From Bugula neritina (lineage: Eukaryota; Animalia; Bryozoa), in assembly GCA_964035545.1 (NCBI GenBank), contig OZ037767.1:19670628-19734627 (forward strand): 64,000 bases of DNA. The letters run 5' to 3'. Both the position numbers and the translations under genes were made by a program. Shown here piece by piece: positions 36,709 to 48,164 of this stretch. Below the pieces are notes generated by a model. That model saw only the letters and a program-made list of their open reading frames with translations. It was not told where the DNA came from and ran no database searches. How positions within the stretch are numbered: position 1 is the stretch's first letter; every line of letters begins with the position of its first letter.

Positions 36709-39700
36709 TATAGCCAGGGACAGGCAACTTCATAAACTGCTGACAAACTACTGACTGTTAGCAGAATAAGCCTAAAGACACAAACCTCTTTACCAAACGG
36801 CAGCCCGCTGCCGAGCGAGGTGGTGAGGCCGACCATCTTGGAGAGCAGAGTTCTGAAAGTGAGATACTCCTTGAGAATGACGCCTCTTAGAATAGTTTTC
36901 ATCTCAGGAATTCCTGAACCTGGAGGGCAGAAAGACAGACTACTGTGCAGGAGATTTTATGGATGACAACTCCAAATATTGAGTATTAAAATGATTAGAG
37001 ATAATTATGTTGGTAAATCTGCTTTTACACAAACTATGCATTCTGAGATGAGAGTTTAGGATGATTCTGGAGAGATATGAATTAGGAGTATTAATCTAAT
37101 GTTTTTACTTACCTATTGCGTTGGGAGCTACCATGTGCACAAAGTAAGTAGAGAAGAGTATAAGTATGATGGGGTAGACAATCCACGTGGTGACTTGTAG
37201 GGCGGGGTGGATCCTAGCAGCCTCCTCATACATCACATTATGGGCTGGAATATATGCAGCACTGAGGCTAAGTTTAACATCTGGTATTTTGTGAATTGTA
37301 TAGTTGACTTGTTTGAGTTTTCGATAAATTAACCCCTAAGGCCTAAAACTTTGGTTTCAGGATTCAAACTTGTTTTTGTTGACATAATTTGATGTGCTTT
37401 ACACTTGTTAGGGAAAAGAATGGGGATTGGCATATACCCTGAGTGTCACCTCAGATATATAATTGAAAAATCATGTTTAAATGGGACTCTCCTAAACTCA
37501 TGGGGACTATTATATATCTCTGTAACTGAAATGTGAGATACCACTGAATAAGCCTGAAGAGGTTAATGAATACAGATACATGGTGGGAAGAAGGCAGAAG
37601 GGAGGCCCTTGAAAATCCATCAACATACTTACAGACTATTCAGTAGTACTTTACCCATGACATGATGTAATAATAGATATATACAGATAATACACTGGCT
37701 GAGATAAGATGTGGCCATAGCAGTACAATGCAATAACTGCAGTACAATGCACTAAACAATATGAACTGACAACACGATAAGAGATGGAATTCCCACACAG
37801 CTGTTAGCTTTTCTAAAATCATTAGCACATCTCATACATTCAAAGTGACCTGTGCTCGGTTGATGCAGATTTATCAGGATTTCAATGATGTAACAAAACA
37901 GCTGATGCACATGGTTGAGTGATGCAGTCAAAACTAACCCCTTAAAACAGCTTCTCCCCCTCTGACAACACCCTAGAGGGGCACTGCCCCCTGGTGGGAC
38001 GTCAGCCTTACCTTCTAATAGATGGAGGATACAGAAGTCCATGAGGAAGCTCAGCATGGCCATAATACATCCCAGCAGAAACAAGAATATCCAGTCCTCT
38101 CCTATCTTGTTCACCACAACCCGCATGACAGCGCCACAACCTGTGGGAGAGGTAGAAAGTGTTTCTGTACCTCGGAGTGTATTCAGACATATAGACACAC
38201 AGACAGACTGGTAGACAGACACGCAGACAGACTGGTAGACAGACACACAGACATACTGGTAGACAGACACACAGACATACTGGTAGAGACACACAGACAT
38301 ACTGGTAGAGACACACAGACAGACTCACCTGAGAGACAGACTCACCTGACAGACACTTGTAGCATCTGCTCTGCTCAAAGTGCCGCAGCTTCTCAATCTC
38401 CTCTCGACTCTTGTGAGTCAGCATCTGCTGCTTCTGGAGTCTCTGCAGCTGAATCTCCCTGGCTATGGCAGCGAGGTCTTCAGTCACGTAGTGGCCACTC
38501 ATCTGCACAGACAAAATCACGTAATACAGAGCTCAGTGGGCTGGAGAATACAGAACCAGAACGTAAACTATCTCACAGTACAAGGTGCCTCTAGTTAGCT
38601 TTTGGCAAAAAATGAAGCAATTTGAGCATTATTGTGCTGCATTAATTTTGGCTTTTGCTTGTTAAGTGGCATAGCCCAGGTGTAGTGCTATATATGCTTT
38701 GTTTAGGAGGCTACTGACATAGCCAGGCTATAGGGTGTAGTCTAGTGTGAAAACAAAACAACACACTGGTGAAAAATATGTGTTGAATAAACAGGAGTCT
38801 GTCTAACAAATGGTGGAGAAATGACTCAGTACACAACATGGTATATATTATTGCTAAAGTCGAGCATTGCTCACAAATACTTGGCAAGAAAATATCTAAT
38901 TACTGTGTCACATGTGTGGAAACATACAGCAGCTGCAATAGTCTTAGTCACTGATAGAATAGTAATACTAGCAGTTCATTGCGACCCACTACTACTGATA
39001 CTATTCACTAATGTGTTGGTCACTAACAAGTGATGTATGTGTAGTAGTACATAACATAGTTATGTATAGTTGATAGTATAGTATAACATAGTATAGTATA
39101 GTATAACATAGTATAGTATAACATAGTATAGTATAACATAGTATAGTATAACATAGTATAGTATAACATAGTATAGTATAACATAGTATAGTATAGTATA
39201 ACACAGTATAGTATAGTATAACATAGTATAATATAACACAGTATAGTATAACATAGTATAGTATGACATAGTATAGTATAACATAGTATAGTATAACATA
39301 GTATAGTATGACATAGTATAGTATAACATAGTATAGTATAACATAACATAGTATAGTATAACATAATATAGGAATACAGAGTAGTTTATCACACTGAGAC
39401 AATTAATGACAATATTACAGACTTGAAAAAAGGTGAATTGTTATACTAACTCAAAACGAAATTGATAAAAATGCTCAACTTCTCAAACAGTGGTTAATGT
39501 TTCTAAACATATTGAAAAAGCATGCATCACAACTAAGTGTGATGTACAGTGTTACAATGTACTTTACAGCCATGCTAATATTGGACACATCTCCTCATTA
39601 GTACAATGTGATTCATGTCAGTACTCTGTAGTTGATAGCTAATAAGCATAATACATGTACTACAGCTAGCAACAACTACAATAGTTACCGTGGTAACCAA

Positions 39701-41008
39701 AACTTATCCACTTGCTGTAGTCTTACCCTGTAGAGAAGCTGGATGGGATCCTTTAAGTTGTTATGGAGCACCTCGAAGATGGGCACCAGCCCACCCTTAG
39801 ACGAGATGACGTACTCCATGACTATATAGTAGTATATAGTATAGAGTATAACTACAGTACACAGTATAACTACAGTATAACTACAGTATAACTGCAGTAT
39901 AACTACAGTATAGACTATAGAGTATACAGTAGCCTATAGAGTATACAGTATAGAGTATAACTACAGTATAGAGTAGAGAGTATAGAGTAGAGAGTATACA
40001 GTATAGAAGTGAAAGAGAGAATTACAAGAAACTCTCAATACAAGAAGGATTTACTCTGCCAAATGTATACACATGTGAAAGGGGCATATCAATACTTATT
40101 AGATGCTGTTTGGGTATAATTATGTAATAGAAATCTCTATCCCAATAATCTACACACACACACACACACACATACACAGGGCATAGGTATTGATTAATCA
40201 GCCTAAGGGGAGTGTGAGACCCTAAAATATGGTAAATAGTAAATTTATTGTATTATGTGAATTTGTAAGCTACAAATCTAAGAGTCTTATGCTATACATC
40301 ACAATACACATATTTTTCTAGCTATGCTAGCAGTATTAAGTTATACTAAACATTTCAATAAATTATCATTGACTGATCATTAAGTTACAGAGATAACTTT
40401 TATAGACAAGCAAATTTAGTTTAATCAACTATTTTAGTTGTAATTTAATGTGACAGCTTGAACACTGCTACCCCTGTTACCATAAATATATAAAAGTAAA
40501 TTAAAACTTGCTAATAAACTCGATTAATGCATTTATAACATCCTAATTAAAATAGAGCCAGTGATTCTTGAATATATCCATGTATAAAAGTAGGGGGGTT
40601 GATTATTCTACATCGAAAGATTGTGCTAATTATTTAACTCTGATTGTTTCTTTTGCAAAATTCAGCATATAAAAGTGCCAGGTGGAGAAAACCACTTGTT
40701 ATATTGGTGAGATTTTTACACCTGCTTTCTCTCAGTATTTTCTGGTTAACTCTTGTAACACAGACTAGTTTTATTGACTTGAATAATTACTACAAGAAAA
40801 GAAGTTTCCTAAAAATTGTGGAATTTTGCGTAAAATTTGCACAAAACTGTACAGCCAATGCACATAACACTAGATCAACAAGAAACCTTACCAGCGTTTG
40901 TTCATATCCATATTTCTTGTTACTGTTGGCCTTATCTCCATGAGGAGATGATTCTCCGCGAATCGGCTCTGACATCACTGCAAGTGTGTTTCCATCACTC
41001 TGATCCAT
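22539..41008 (-). CDS. CLCN2: Voltage-gated chloride channel, ClC-2/ClC-a type (complete gene)
   Basis: Core exons (minus): 41008-40892, 38502-38346, 38140-38012, 37244-37113, 36919-36786, 36440-36363, 35970-35681, 35522-35421, 35125-35041, 34765-34613, 33903-33834, 33680-33570, 33099-32886, 32670-32531, 31724-31566, 30912-30818, 30416-30338, 29937-29809, [variable inter-CBS exons], 26472-26442, 26107-26072, 24607-24503, 23951-23865, 22706-22539 (TGA). Motifs: [25 protein letters not shown] (gating Glu), [10 protein letters not shown] (Val at the proton-Glu site, i.e. channel type), [25 protein letters not shown]2 [15 protein letters not shown]. Inter-CBS exon calls are less certain. Confidence 0.92.
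24190..24370. repeat. 16-bp minisatellite (CTTAGCAACTCAGTAG), about 10 copies
   Basis: Direct tandem copies in a ClC intron. Confidence 0.88.
25270..25988. repeat. 28-bp minisatellite (AGTAAGTATAGTAATGTACTGAGTGTAT), about 25 copies
   Basis: Direct tandem copies; source of spurious ORFs 25258-26066. Confidence 0.96.
28620..28820. repeat. Degenerate 20-bp repeat (GGAGAGGGTGTGGTCTAAAT-like)
   Basis: 20-bp periodicity of GGAGAGGGTG TGGT/TGAT. Confidence 0.7.
30515..30810. repeat. Minisatellite of about 33 bp (TACTAGTTACTAGTGAGTAACAGTTACACTGAC)
   Basis: Tandem copies abutting the ClC donor at 30817. Confidence 0.88.
30985..31558. repeat. 19-bp minisatellite (TACTCTCAGACTATTCTRG), about 30 copies
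   Basis: Near-perfect copies with runs of A and G variants; begins just after the ClC donor at 31565. Confidence 0.97.
32344..32513. mobile_element. Short interspersed TIR element (MITE), copy 2
   Basis: TACAGTGCTCCC...GGAGGGAACACA; similar to 19538-19750. Confidence 0.6.
33355..33565. repeat. Repeat of about 27 bp (GTTACTACCCCTGGTGATACTAGTA-like)
   Basis: Tandem copies abutting the ClC donor at 33569. Confidence 0.8.
33925..34632 (-). repeat. 25-bp minisatellite, 28 copies, spanning the 5' splice site of ClC exon 34765-34613
   Basis: Minus-strand unit ACGTACATGGTGTTTATA|GTAAGTA; the first copy is the coding end (T-Y-M-M-F-I) plus the real donor; GT recurs every 25 bp from 34612 to 33937. 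Confidence 0.97.
35982..36346. repeat. 24-bp minisatellite (ATATACAGTACAGTGTAATATATA), about 15 copies
   Basis: Fills almost the whole of intron 36362-35971. Confidence 0.95.
38195..38350 (-). repeat. Duplicated donor (TCAG|GTGAGTCTGTCT x2) followed by 24-bp repeats
   Basis: Plus strand AGACTCACCTGA at 38321 and 38338, then ACAGACATACTGGTAGACAGACAC units. Confidence 0.85.
39070..39365. repeat. (GTATA/ACATA)n compound microsatellite
   Basis: GTATAGTATAACATA units. Confidence 0.95.
39727..39819 (-). CDS. Candidate alternative first coding exon of the ClC gene ([31 protein letters not shown])
   Basis: GC-richer island with TATAG|TCATGG, 31 open codons and a phase-0 donor AGG|GTAAGA compatible with the exon starting at 38502. 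Confidence 0.6.
39822..40005. repeat. Low-complexity repeat (ACTACAGTATA / GAGTATA)
   Basis: Abuts the acceptor at 39822; the minus-strand units read TATACTGTAG. Confidence 0.85.
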
Positions 41009-41569
41009 GGTAGCACCGGGTTGTGACTAGTGCTAGCAGGTGCTCTGTGGTCCTTACATCAACTGCCATAATAAAGCTGACATGTAATTTTCAGCTTCCT
41101 TACATTTATACTAATTAAAATAATAACAGGACACTACTACTTGATTTATGCTAAAACTCATTTTCTATAATTTACCCATCTACTTATTTGGACCTAAATG
41201 GGTGAATACAGGTTTTCCAAATTTCTATCCAACAGCTTATTCACAAAATATTTGTGTTTGAATTGTCTTTGATTTCACAACACATTCAATTCATACTATT
41301 AAAAAAACCATTCAGTGCGAAATTACACTACATTCCCATGCTTAGAATGGCTGCTGTGATTGTGATTGTGGTTTTATTGACCTAAAAGTCAAGGTTTCAC
41401 TAAATTAATACTGTCCCCATAAACAGATTAAACAATTATAATATATGCATGTGAGCCTAGCATAGGAAACATCTATCTGGGATGAAACCTTTACTATTAA
41501 TATTGATACTAGTATTACAGTTACTTTATTTGATTTAGGCATTTAGATTTGGCTTTACTCTTAGTATCA

Positions 41570-42245
41570 GTATGGCATTTAGTTTTACTATTTCAGTATT
41601 TGACTTTGAATATTACTAGTAGTATTCGACTTAGTATAGCCTAACTATAACTATAAGTATTAGTATTACTATAATTGTAATACTATTACTATTAGTATTA
41701 GTAATAGTAATATTTTAAACTTTAAAGTTATAATAATAACACTGATAGTAATACTAACTAGTCAAATAGTAATAGTACCACTGGTACCCTTAGTAATAGT
41801 ATTAGCATAAGTATTACGATTAGTATTAGTATTAGACCTGGTATTACTATTATTAATAATATTATTATGAGTATCAGTATGCCCGTTGTAATTTGTATTA
41901 CTTTACTATTACTATTAGTATTAGTATTACTATTAGTATTACTAATGACTATTAGCATAACATTAATGATTAACTATAAGTATTAGTAGTGTATTAGTAC
42001 TATTCATATTGTCTATTAAAACTATTAGTATTAGTATTAGTATTACTTACTAAACGTAAATAATACTATTTTGTCTATTGGTAGGCCTATAAGTATAAGT
42101 ATAACTATAAGTATTACCGTATTACTATTAGTATTAGTATTAGTAACACTAATAAGTAATAGTAATACTAATACTAATAGTATTAATGCTTATAATGCTA
42201 GTACTAATACAGTAATACTAATAGTAATAGTAATAGTAATACTTA
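41570..42245. repeat. (TAGTAT)n/(AATAGT)n low-complexity tract with internal inversion
   Basis: Hexamer-based tract that switches orientation near 42150. Confidence 0.8.
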
Positions 42246-43861
42246 ATTGAATGTAATTGTATGTAATTTCATTGATTTTTTAATTTTATATTCAATTATT
42301 TTCATTTTGTCATTTTAACATGAACAAGAGCTTAATTTTCATTTTATTTTTACTTTCCTTTTGATTTAGAATTATTGTAATGCAATCACACTGTTACACA
42401 CTACTGAATAAGATTTACTACAACCATTGTCATACTCATACGGATAATCATTGTTCTTGTGATTGTCAATGTTACTCAGAGTGCGATTATCATTATCATT
42501 ATCATTATAACTTATTTATAGGTAACCTTTTCAATGGTTCTACAAGCAGCTCTGAGTTTGTGATGAATGAGTGTAGGAATTTGAAGCTTTAAATTTAAAG
42601 TTGGGGACGTCCCTTAACACCTCAAACCTCCCAAATTTTTGCACTCATTTACCACCGACTGGCAGCTGCTTATAAAACTATTTATACTTTTTCGATATAT
42701 AAGTAATATAAGTTTTTCATTACGATTGTCACACAGAAGATCATCGACTATAACCATTTATTATAAGTCGTCACTTATTGAGATCGGACTATTGATCACA
42801 GGCTCACAGGCTTCCTTTAAGCCTGTTTTTAAAACACAAATGCGCTGATAGGTAATATGATCAATGTACATACAATGTTTTATTCTCAATTTATTATTTG
42901 CTTGGTCCTCAGGTTACAGAAGCTCTTTTTTGTGTGAGGCAAACCCATATGGGGGCACAATCATTCTACGGGCAGAGTGAACTTTACTTTTTTGTCTATA
43001 TGCAGCTCTAAGTTAGGGATATAACTGAATGCGGATTCTCAAATTTTGACTCAATATTGTATTCCAAGTATCGAAACTTCAACCCCTTGCACTCTTTCAG
43101 TTACTCCCGATTCCGAGCTGCTTATAGAATAATTCATTCGGAGATGATGCCATAGATTTCCACAACTCGCCATGTGGTAATACTAATACTAGGATTGTAA
43201 AGTACTAATGGCCATTATTCATTAGTGAATGAAGTTATTTATAAAAATGCTAAAGATTTTTGATTTTATAAAGTAGTTGTAAGTAGGATTACTGTTAAAA
43301 CAATGAAGAATATAATTATTATAAGGCATATATACCTAAGAAGTTTTGCTATTGCTTAGTTAGTTTTCCATTTTTTCGTAGCACTGGCTGCACTGTTTTC
43401 TTTTTCATGTAATTCAGTGTCAACTTTCGCGCACCAAGTCAAATTTAGCATTTTTTTTATTAGAGAGTTTGCTTTTTGGTTAAAGCCTTAAAGGTGTTAA
43501 AAGTTTTTAAAACCAAATTTTTCGAAATAATCTTGACAATAGTTATAGTCATATTGAATTTGATATTCATATTGGGTAATTATAATTTAAATTATACTTA
43601 TAGCAAGCCTTATTTTGTTGAAGTATTGCTATAACTATTTTAAGTAATTTTTATTATACCTAAAATAATTATCTATTCGCTCTGCTTTGCGTTTATAATA
43701 TTAAATGTAAAGCATCAATAGATTATCTTATTCTTGTGTAAGTTTCTGCAGGAACAGGTATTCTGGGGTTGTGTAGTTTGGAAGTCTGCGTCTCACTTTT
43801 CAGCTGCTCTCTTCTATGTCTATATCTTCTCTCTTCTATATCTATATCTTCTCTCAGATTT

Positions 43862-44844
43862 TCAATTTGTCTTCTGAGAGGCTCTATTTCGTCTCTCCTG
43901 TACTTTAGTGACTAGTTTGGGAGGGTTGGTCGGAATTTCAGAGAGCTCTGCCTTCACTGCTTCGATTATCATTATAGCTTGTTTTAGTGGCAAATTACTT
44001 ATTGAGTCTACCACTCGGCGTATAGGGTTTCTCAGTCCTTGGGTAAATTTGTCGAGTAGAAATTTGTTCCTGTGAATCTCACGGACATCAGCATATTCTG
44101 ATTGGCATGCTGCTGCTAATTCCACATAATACTCGCTTACGGTTCTTTTCTCTTACATAATGAATGATATTCAGATTTGGGCTTGCAATCTAGAGTGAAC
44201 AGTGAATATTTTTTGCAAGTCTTCTTTTAGTAGGATGTAATTTGTTGTGCAATTGACTTTTTTCGCAGATAAGGTCTTTAAAATTTCGTGAAAGCCGGTG
44301 TACGAAATGTCCTTGGTAAATATCATGCCTTTTGCTGTCGGTAAATTGGTAGGTTAAAATATGTGTTTCAAATCGGTCGATGAAGTTTTCCCAACTTTCA
44401 TTAGGTGCGCCTGAAAAGGTTTCATAATTTGAAAACTTCTGCTTGATGAAGGTCGGGGCTGGTGCGTAATGAGGGGGTTGTGTATGGGCAGTAATGGTGG
44501 CTTATGTTAAGCTGAGGCTCAGTTGGCATGGCAAGACCTGGCGGTGTTCTAGAAGTAACTGGAGGCGGTGAAAATAATGTGGCTGGCTGTATGGTATGAC
44601 TTACTAGTGGTGTTGTTGTAATTGATAAAGTATGGGTAGCGGTAGTAGTGTGGCTTACCACTTTCTGCCTAGTTCCAGTTCTAGCGTCCTTTTCCAAAAC
44701 CATTACTTTGTACCATTCAGGGAGTGAGTCCCAGAAGTCCATAACTTCCTTCACTTTATCACCATCTGCATCTTCATATGTTGTTGACCTAGCAGGTGTG
44801 GTAATCACATCAGTTGTTCTTTTAGATATTGCGTTGCTGGCCAT
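43862..44844 (-). mobile_element. Degenerate LTR-retrotransposon gag-like relic
   Basis: Frameshifted pieces FSGAPNESWENFIDRFE, ELAAAC and DKFTQGLRNPIRRVV are typical of Gypsy-like gag. Confidence 0.6.
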
Positions 44845-45298
44845 TCTAACTTTGGTTGTTGAAAATTAATTTGGCACCTAAATTTTATTTTGTTTTTATT
44901 TTTTACTTTTCGAATAATTTTATTATGCAATTACTGTGTGACTAATGCTCTGTTCTATAGTTATTCTGGTTTTATTGTTTAAATTGCTACCAATTATTTC
45001 TTATTTCACTGTTAATTTTCAGTTTAATTTTTATTACTTTTAATTCCCTTTTAAATAGTATCTTTCAACCTGCTCTGAAGCAAGTAATTTATCAGACCTG
45101 TGAAAAATTTTTGGTAAGTGCTCTGGGGTTGCATGAAAAGGCATTAAAAATAATAATCTTGAGCTACTTTATACCTATAAGATTTACGAAAAAGCAAATA
45201 TATGTGCATAGCTCTGGTTGTAGGCTCTTGAAACCATTGCTGATGCTAGTTTGTTTTCCTCGGCATATGCAAACTCTTAACGTCTAATCAAAGCAAGT

Positions 45299-46904
45299 TG
45301 TATTGTACTGTTGAGCAAGGTCTCGCCACAAAAATGGTTTTGGTACGGACTGAGAAGAAGTTTTAACAAATCTCTCACTTTTATTAATTTTCTTCTAAAT
45401 CATAAAAACTACAAGTAACATAAAGAATACATATAGGTGTGCTAAAACTCATACAATACAGTTGTTCAAATACCAGCAAACATCACGATATAATATTAAA
45501 TATAACAGCAATAAAAATTGTAATAAAAGACATAAAGCATTATCAAGTTAAAAATAGCAAAGAATAATAATAAAATACCTTTATTCTCTTGACGAGCTTG
45601 CTATAATATCTTCAAAATTTAGCTCTTTGTCACTTAACAAAATAAGTAGCTCAGCTTAGGCTACATGAGTGACTGTCTTTTTGGAGTTTCAATGCTGCCT
45701 TAAATACCAGGGCAATCACAAAGAAAAGGTAATTACATCTAAATTTAGCTATAATTAGGGTCAGCTAACTATGGGGCACATGTAATGACCTCATAAAGGA
45801 AGATGGATCAGTTCCTGTCAAACCCTAAAAGCTGACTTCAACAAAGGTGGCGGTTAGGCTTTACCTATTATTAGGCAGCTGACTGCTGCACAGGAGAATG
45901 AACTATCTAATAATAACAAATATCACCATTAAAAGCTAAAAATAAAAGTTCTAGTGGTATTTGTAACAAGGGCTATCATGCTTCTTTGTTAGATCCTTTA
46001 CACTCCCCCCTTTAATTTCACTCAGGGAAATTAACTAAACTGATTCAAAAAAATTAACTTTCGGTAGGTTCTAATTCATTTAGGGCACGTATCAAATTTA
46101 GGAGGGCCTAAACAAGAAGATTAGTTTTTGAATTGGCCTCTCAAGCTGTGTTTCTGATTTTATTCTTCTACCCTTTCTGTCTAACTTTTCTGCATCAGCT
46201 ATGCTAAGCCTAACTCTCCTAACTAAGTTGTCATCACTAGGAAATACTTCCACTACTCTGCCTAATGGCCAATCTCGCCTGTTTTTGTCATCACTAACTA
46301 AAAGTACTACATCTCCCACAGCAATGTTAGCAGCCCTTTTCAACCATTTTGGCCTGGATTGAATTTGTTGCAAATAATGAGTGCGCCAACGTTTCCAAAA
46401 TTGATTTACCAACCCTTGAACTACTCTCCAACGTTTTCTACAGTATACATCTTGTTCATCAAATTGACCAGGAGGAGGCAACACTACTTTGGACTTCATA
46501 GTTAATAGTTGGTTGGGAGTTAGTGGCATTGGGTAACTTTCATCTGTTTGAGATATTAGTGGCCTGCAGTTAACTATTGCCATTACCTCATATAATAAAG
46601 TCCGCAGTGTACTAGTATCTAGCCTTGTGCTGTTTATAGCTAGCATTGAGTTTAAGACAGACCTGATTGTTCTTATGTGGCGCTCCCAGACACCACCCAT
46701 GTGACTTGAGTGGGGAGTGTTTGTAACCCACTCGAAGCTATTACTTTCAGAAAAGCTTTCAATTTTTCTAGTTGCTTCTTTTGCAACACTTGCTAGCTCA
46801 TTAGCAGCACCTATAAAATTAGTTCCCCTATCAGTGTGTAATTGTCTGATGGGCCCTCTAATAGCTATGAAACAGCGCAATGCATTTATAAAGGCATCAG
46901 ATGT
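45299..46904 (-). mobile_element. BEL/Pao LTR retrotransposon 3' half: integrase core and C-terminus, PPT, 3' LTR
   Basis: TDRGTNF, GGVWER, FWKRWRTHYL, WPLGRVVEVFPSDDNLVR, RPIQKL; PPT GGGGGGAG (46010-46003) followed by the LTR start TGT at 46002; the distal LTR end is approximate. Confidence 0.88.
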
Positions 46905-48164
46905 TATCATTTCGGCTATTCCCCAATGAACGCGTTCAGGTGGAGGGTACACCAATGTATGCTGAACGCTTCCGTTGCTGAGTAGCTCTCGCCAAAATGG
47001 CAAAACATCTTTTTAGTGCAGGACCTTTTTTGAACACCTCCAGGAATCATTCATGACTTCTTTGGCTGTCTTCGTACAGTTATCTTTATAACTCTTTTGA
47101 AGCATCGCGTACTCACGGCGTTTCCGAAGCTTTCTGCTTAGCCTGCCAGAGATAACGTCTTCGGTGTTCTTCTGAAAGTTTTAGATGTTCTTTTGGCAGG
47201 AAACAACACCCTCTGCAATTGATCCACAGTCTAGCCTGTCGAGTCTCTCCTTCTTCCACTCTTTCTGGCCTATGGTGATGGGCCGTTCCTCTACTACTAT
47301 GCTGCTCACTCCCACAGTGTTAGCATCTCGAGCAAGTCTAGCATCATCAAGCATTTGGTTGAAGTCTTCATATCACAGTCTAGCTCTAATCCTTTCTGCT
47401 GATCTGTTTGGGTGCCTCACATGCAAAGCTCTATAGAGCTGAGCTTTAACTCGGTATGATAGCTCTAATTCTACCCAGTCGTGGGCTAAATCAACCAACT
47501 CGTTCTTTTCCAAAACAGATCGTTTCTTGCCCTCATCTTTAACCTCCTGCTCTCGCCCGGCTTTTTCGTGACACCACACCGTGTGCGCAGATCTCTGATG
47601 TTGTGAACATCCAATTTTGGAAGAATAACAGCTTGTACACTTTAGATAGCCGCAGAGCCACTTTGGCATGCACATGCGTACATGCGCAAGGTTCCCGTCA
47701 TCTCTTCCCCACACTCATCACACCGGCCCCGACGGTCAGGCCGAGCTTGCAAACTACTGGTTCCAGCTGCCTCTGACTGGAAGGCAGCTAAAAGCCGATG
47801 ACTTATATCATCACTATTAGCTTGTGTAACCAGTAAATAAGGCGACGCAAGGTGGGGTGTCAACCCACCTGCAGGGAGACACCTGCACTGTACAGGTGTC
47901 CCGTATTTGATTAACGTCTACACGCTTGGGCAGACGCTGGCTGGATTAGTAGTGTGGGCGACCACCTATCCGAAGATAAATGAAAGTGCTCTACTCCGGA
48001 GCCGAGTACATATGTCCCCTAATCCACACAAGTTTCTCCACGACGAGGGGCCGAGGCTTACCCCACAGTCAGCTGCAACTTCTGGCGTCTACGGCCAACA
48101 AGAACCCCAGCTGGCCAAGAGAGCTGTACCTCTCTACAAAGACGTTCCAGACAGATTAAGAGAG
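46895..48164 (-). mobile_element. R2-clade non-LTR retrotransposon family A, copy 1 (5' portion, degenerate)
   Basis: Visibly colinear with 54170-55490; zinc-finger and Myb-like region (HVRHPNRSAE). Confidence 0.85.

Noticed and set aside
39001-39402. Repetitive ORFs (YVILY/CYTIL)
   Set aside because: Microsatellite translations.
1-41008. Non-canonical or U12 introns
   Set aside because: Every intron I resolved is GT-AG; the only mild oddity is an AAG acceptor at 11902.
41010-43000. Defined ClC or cluster promoter
   Set aside because: TATA-like words are uninformative in DNA this AT-rich; no start site can be supported.
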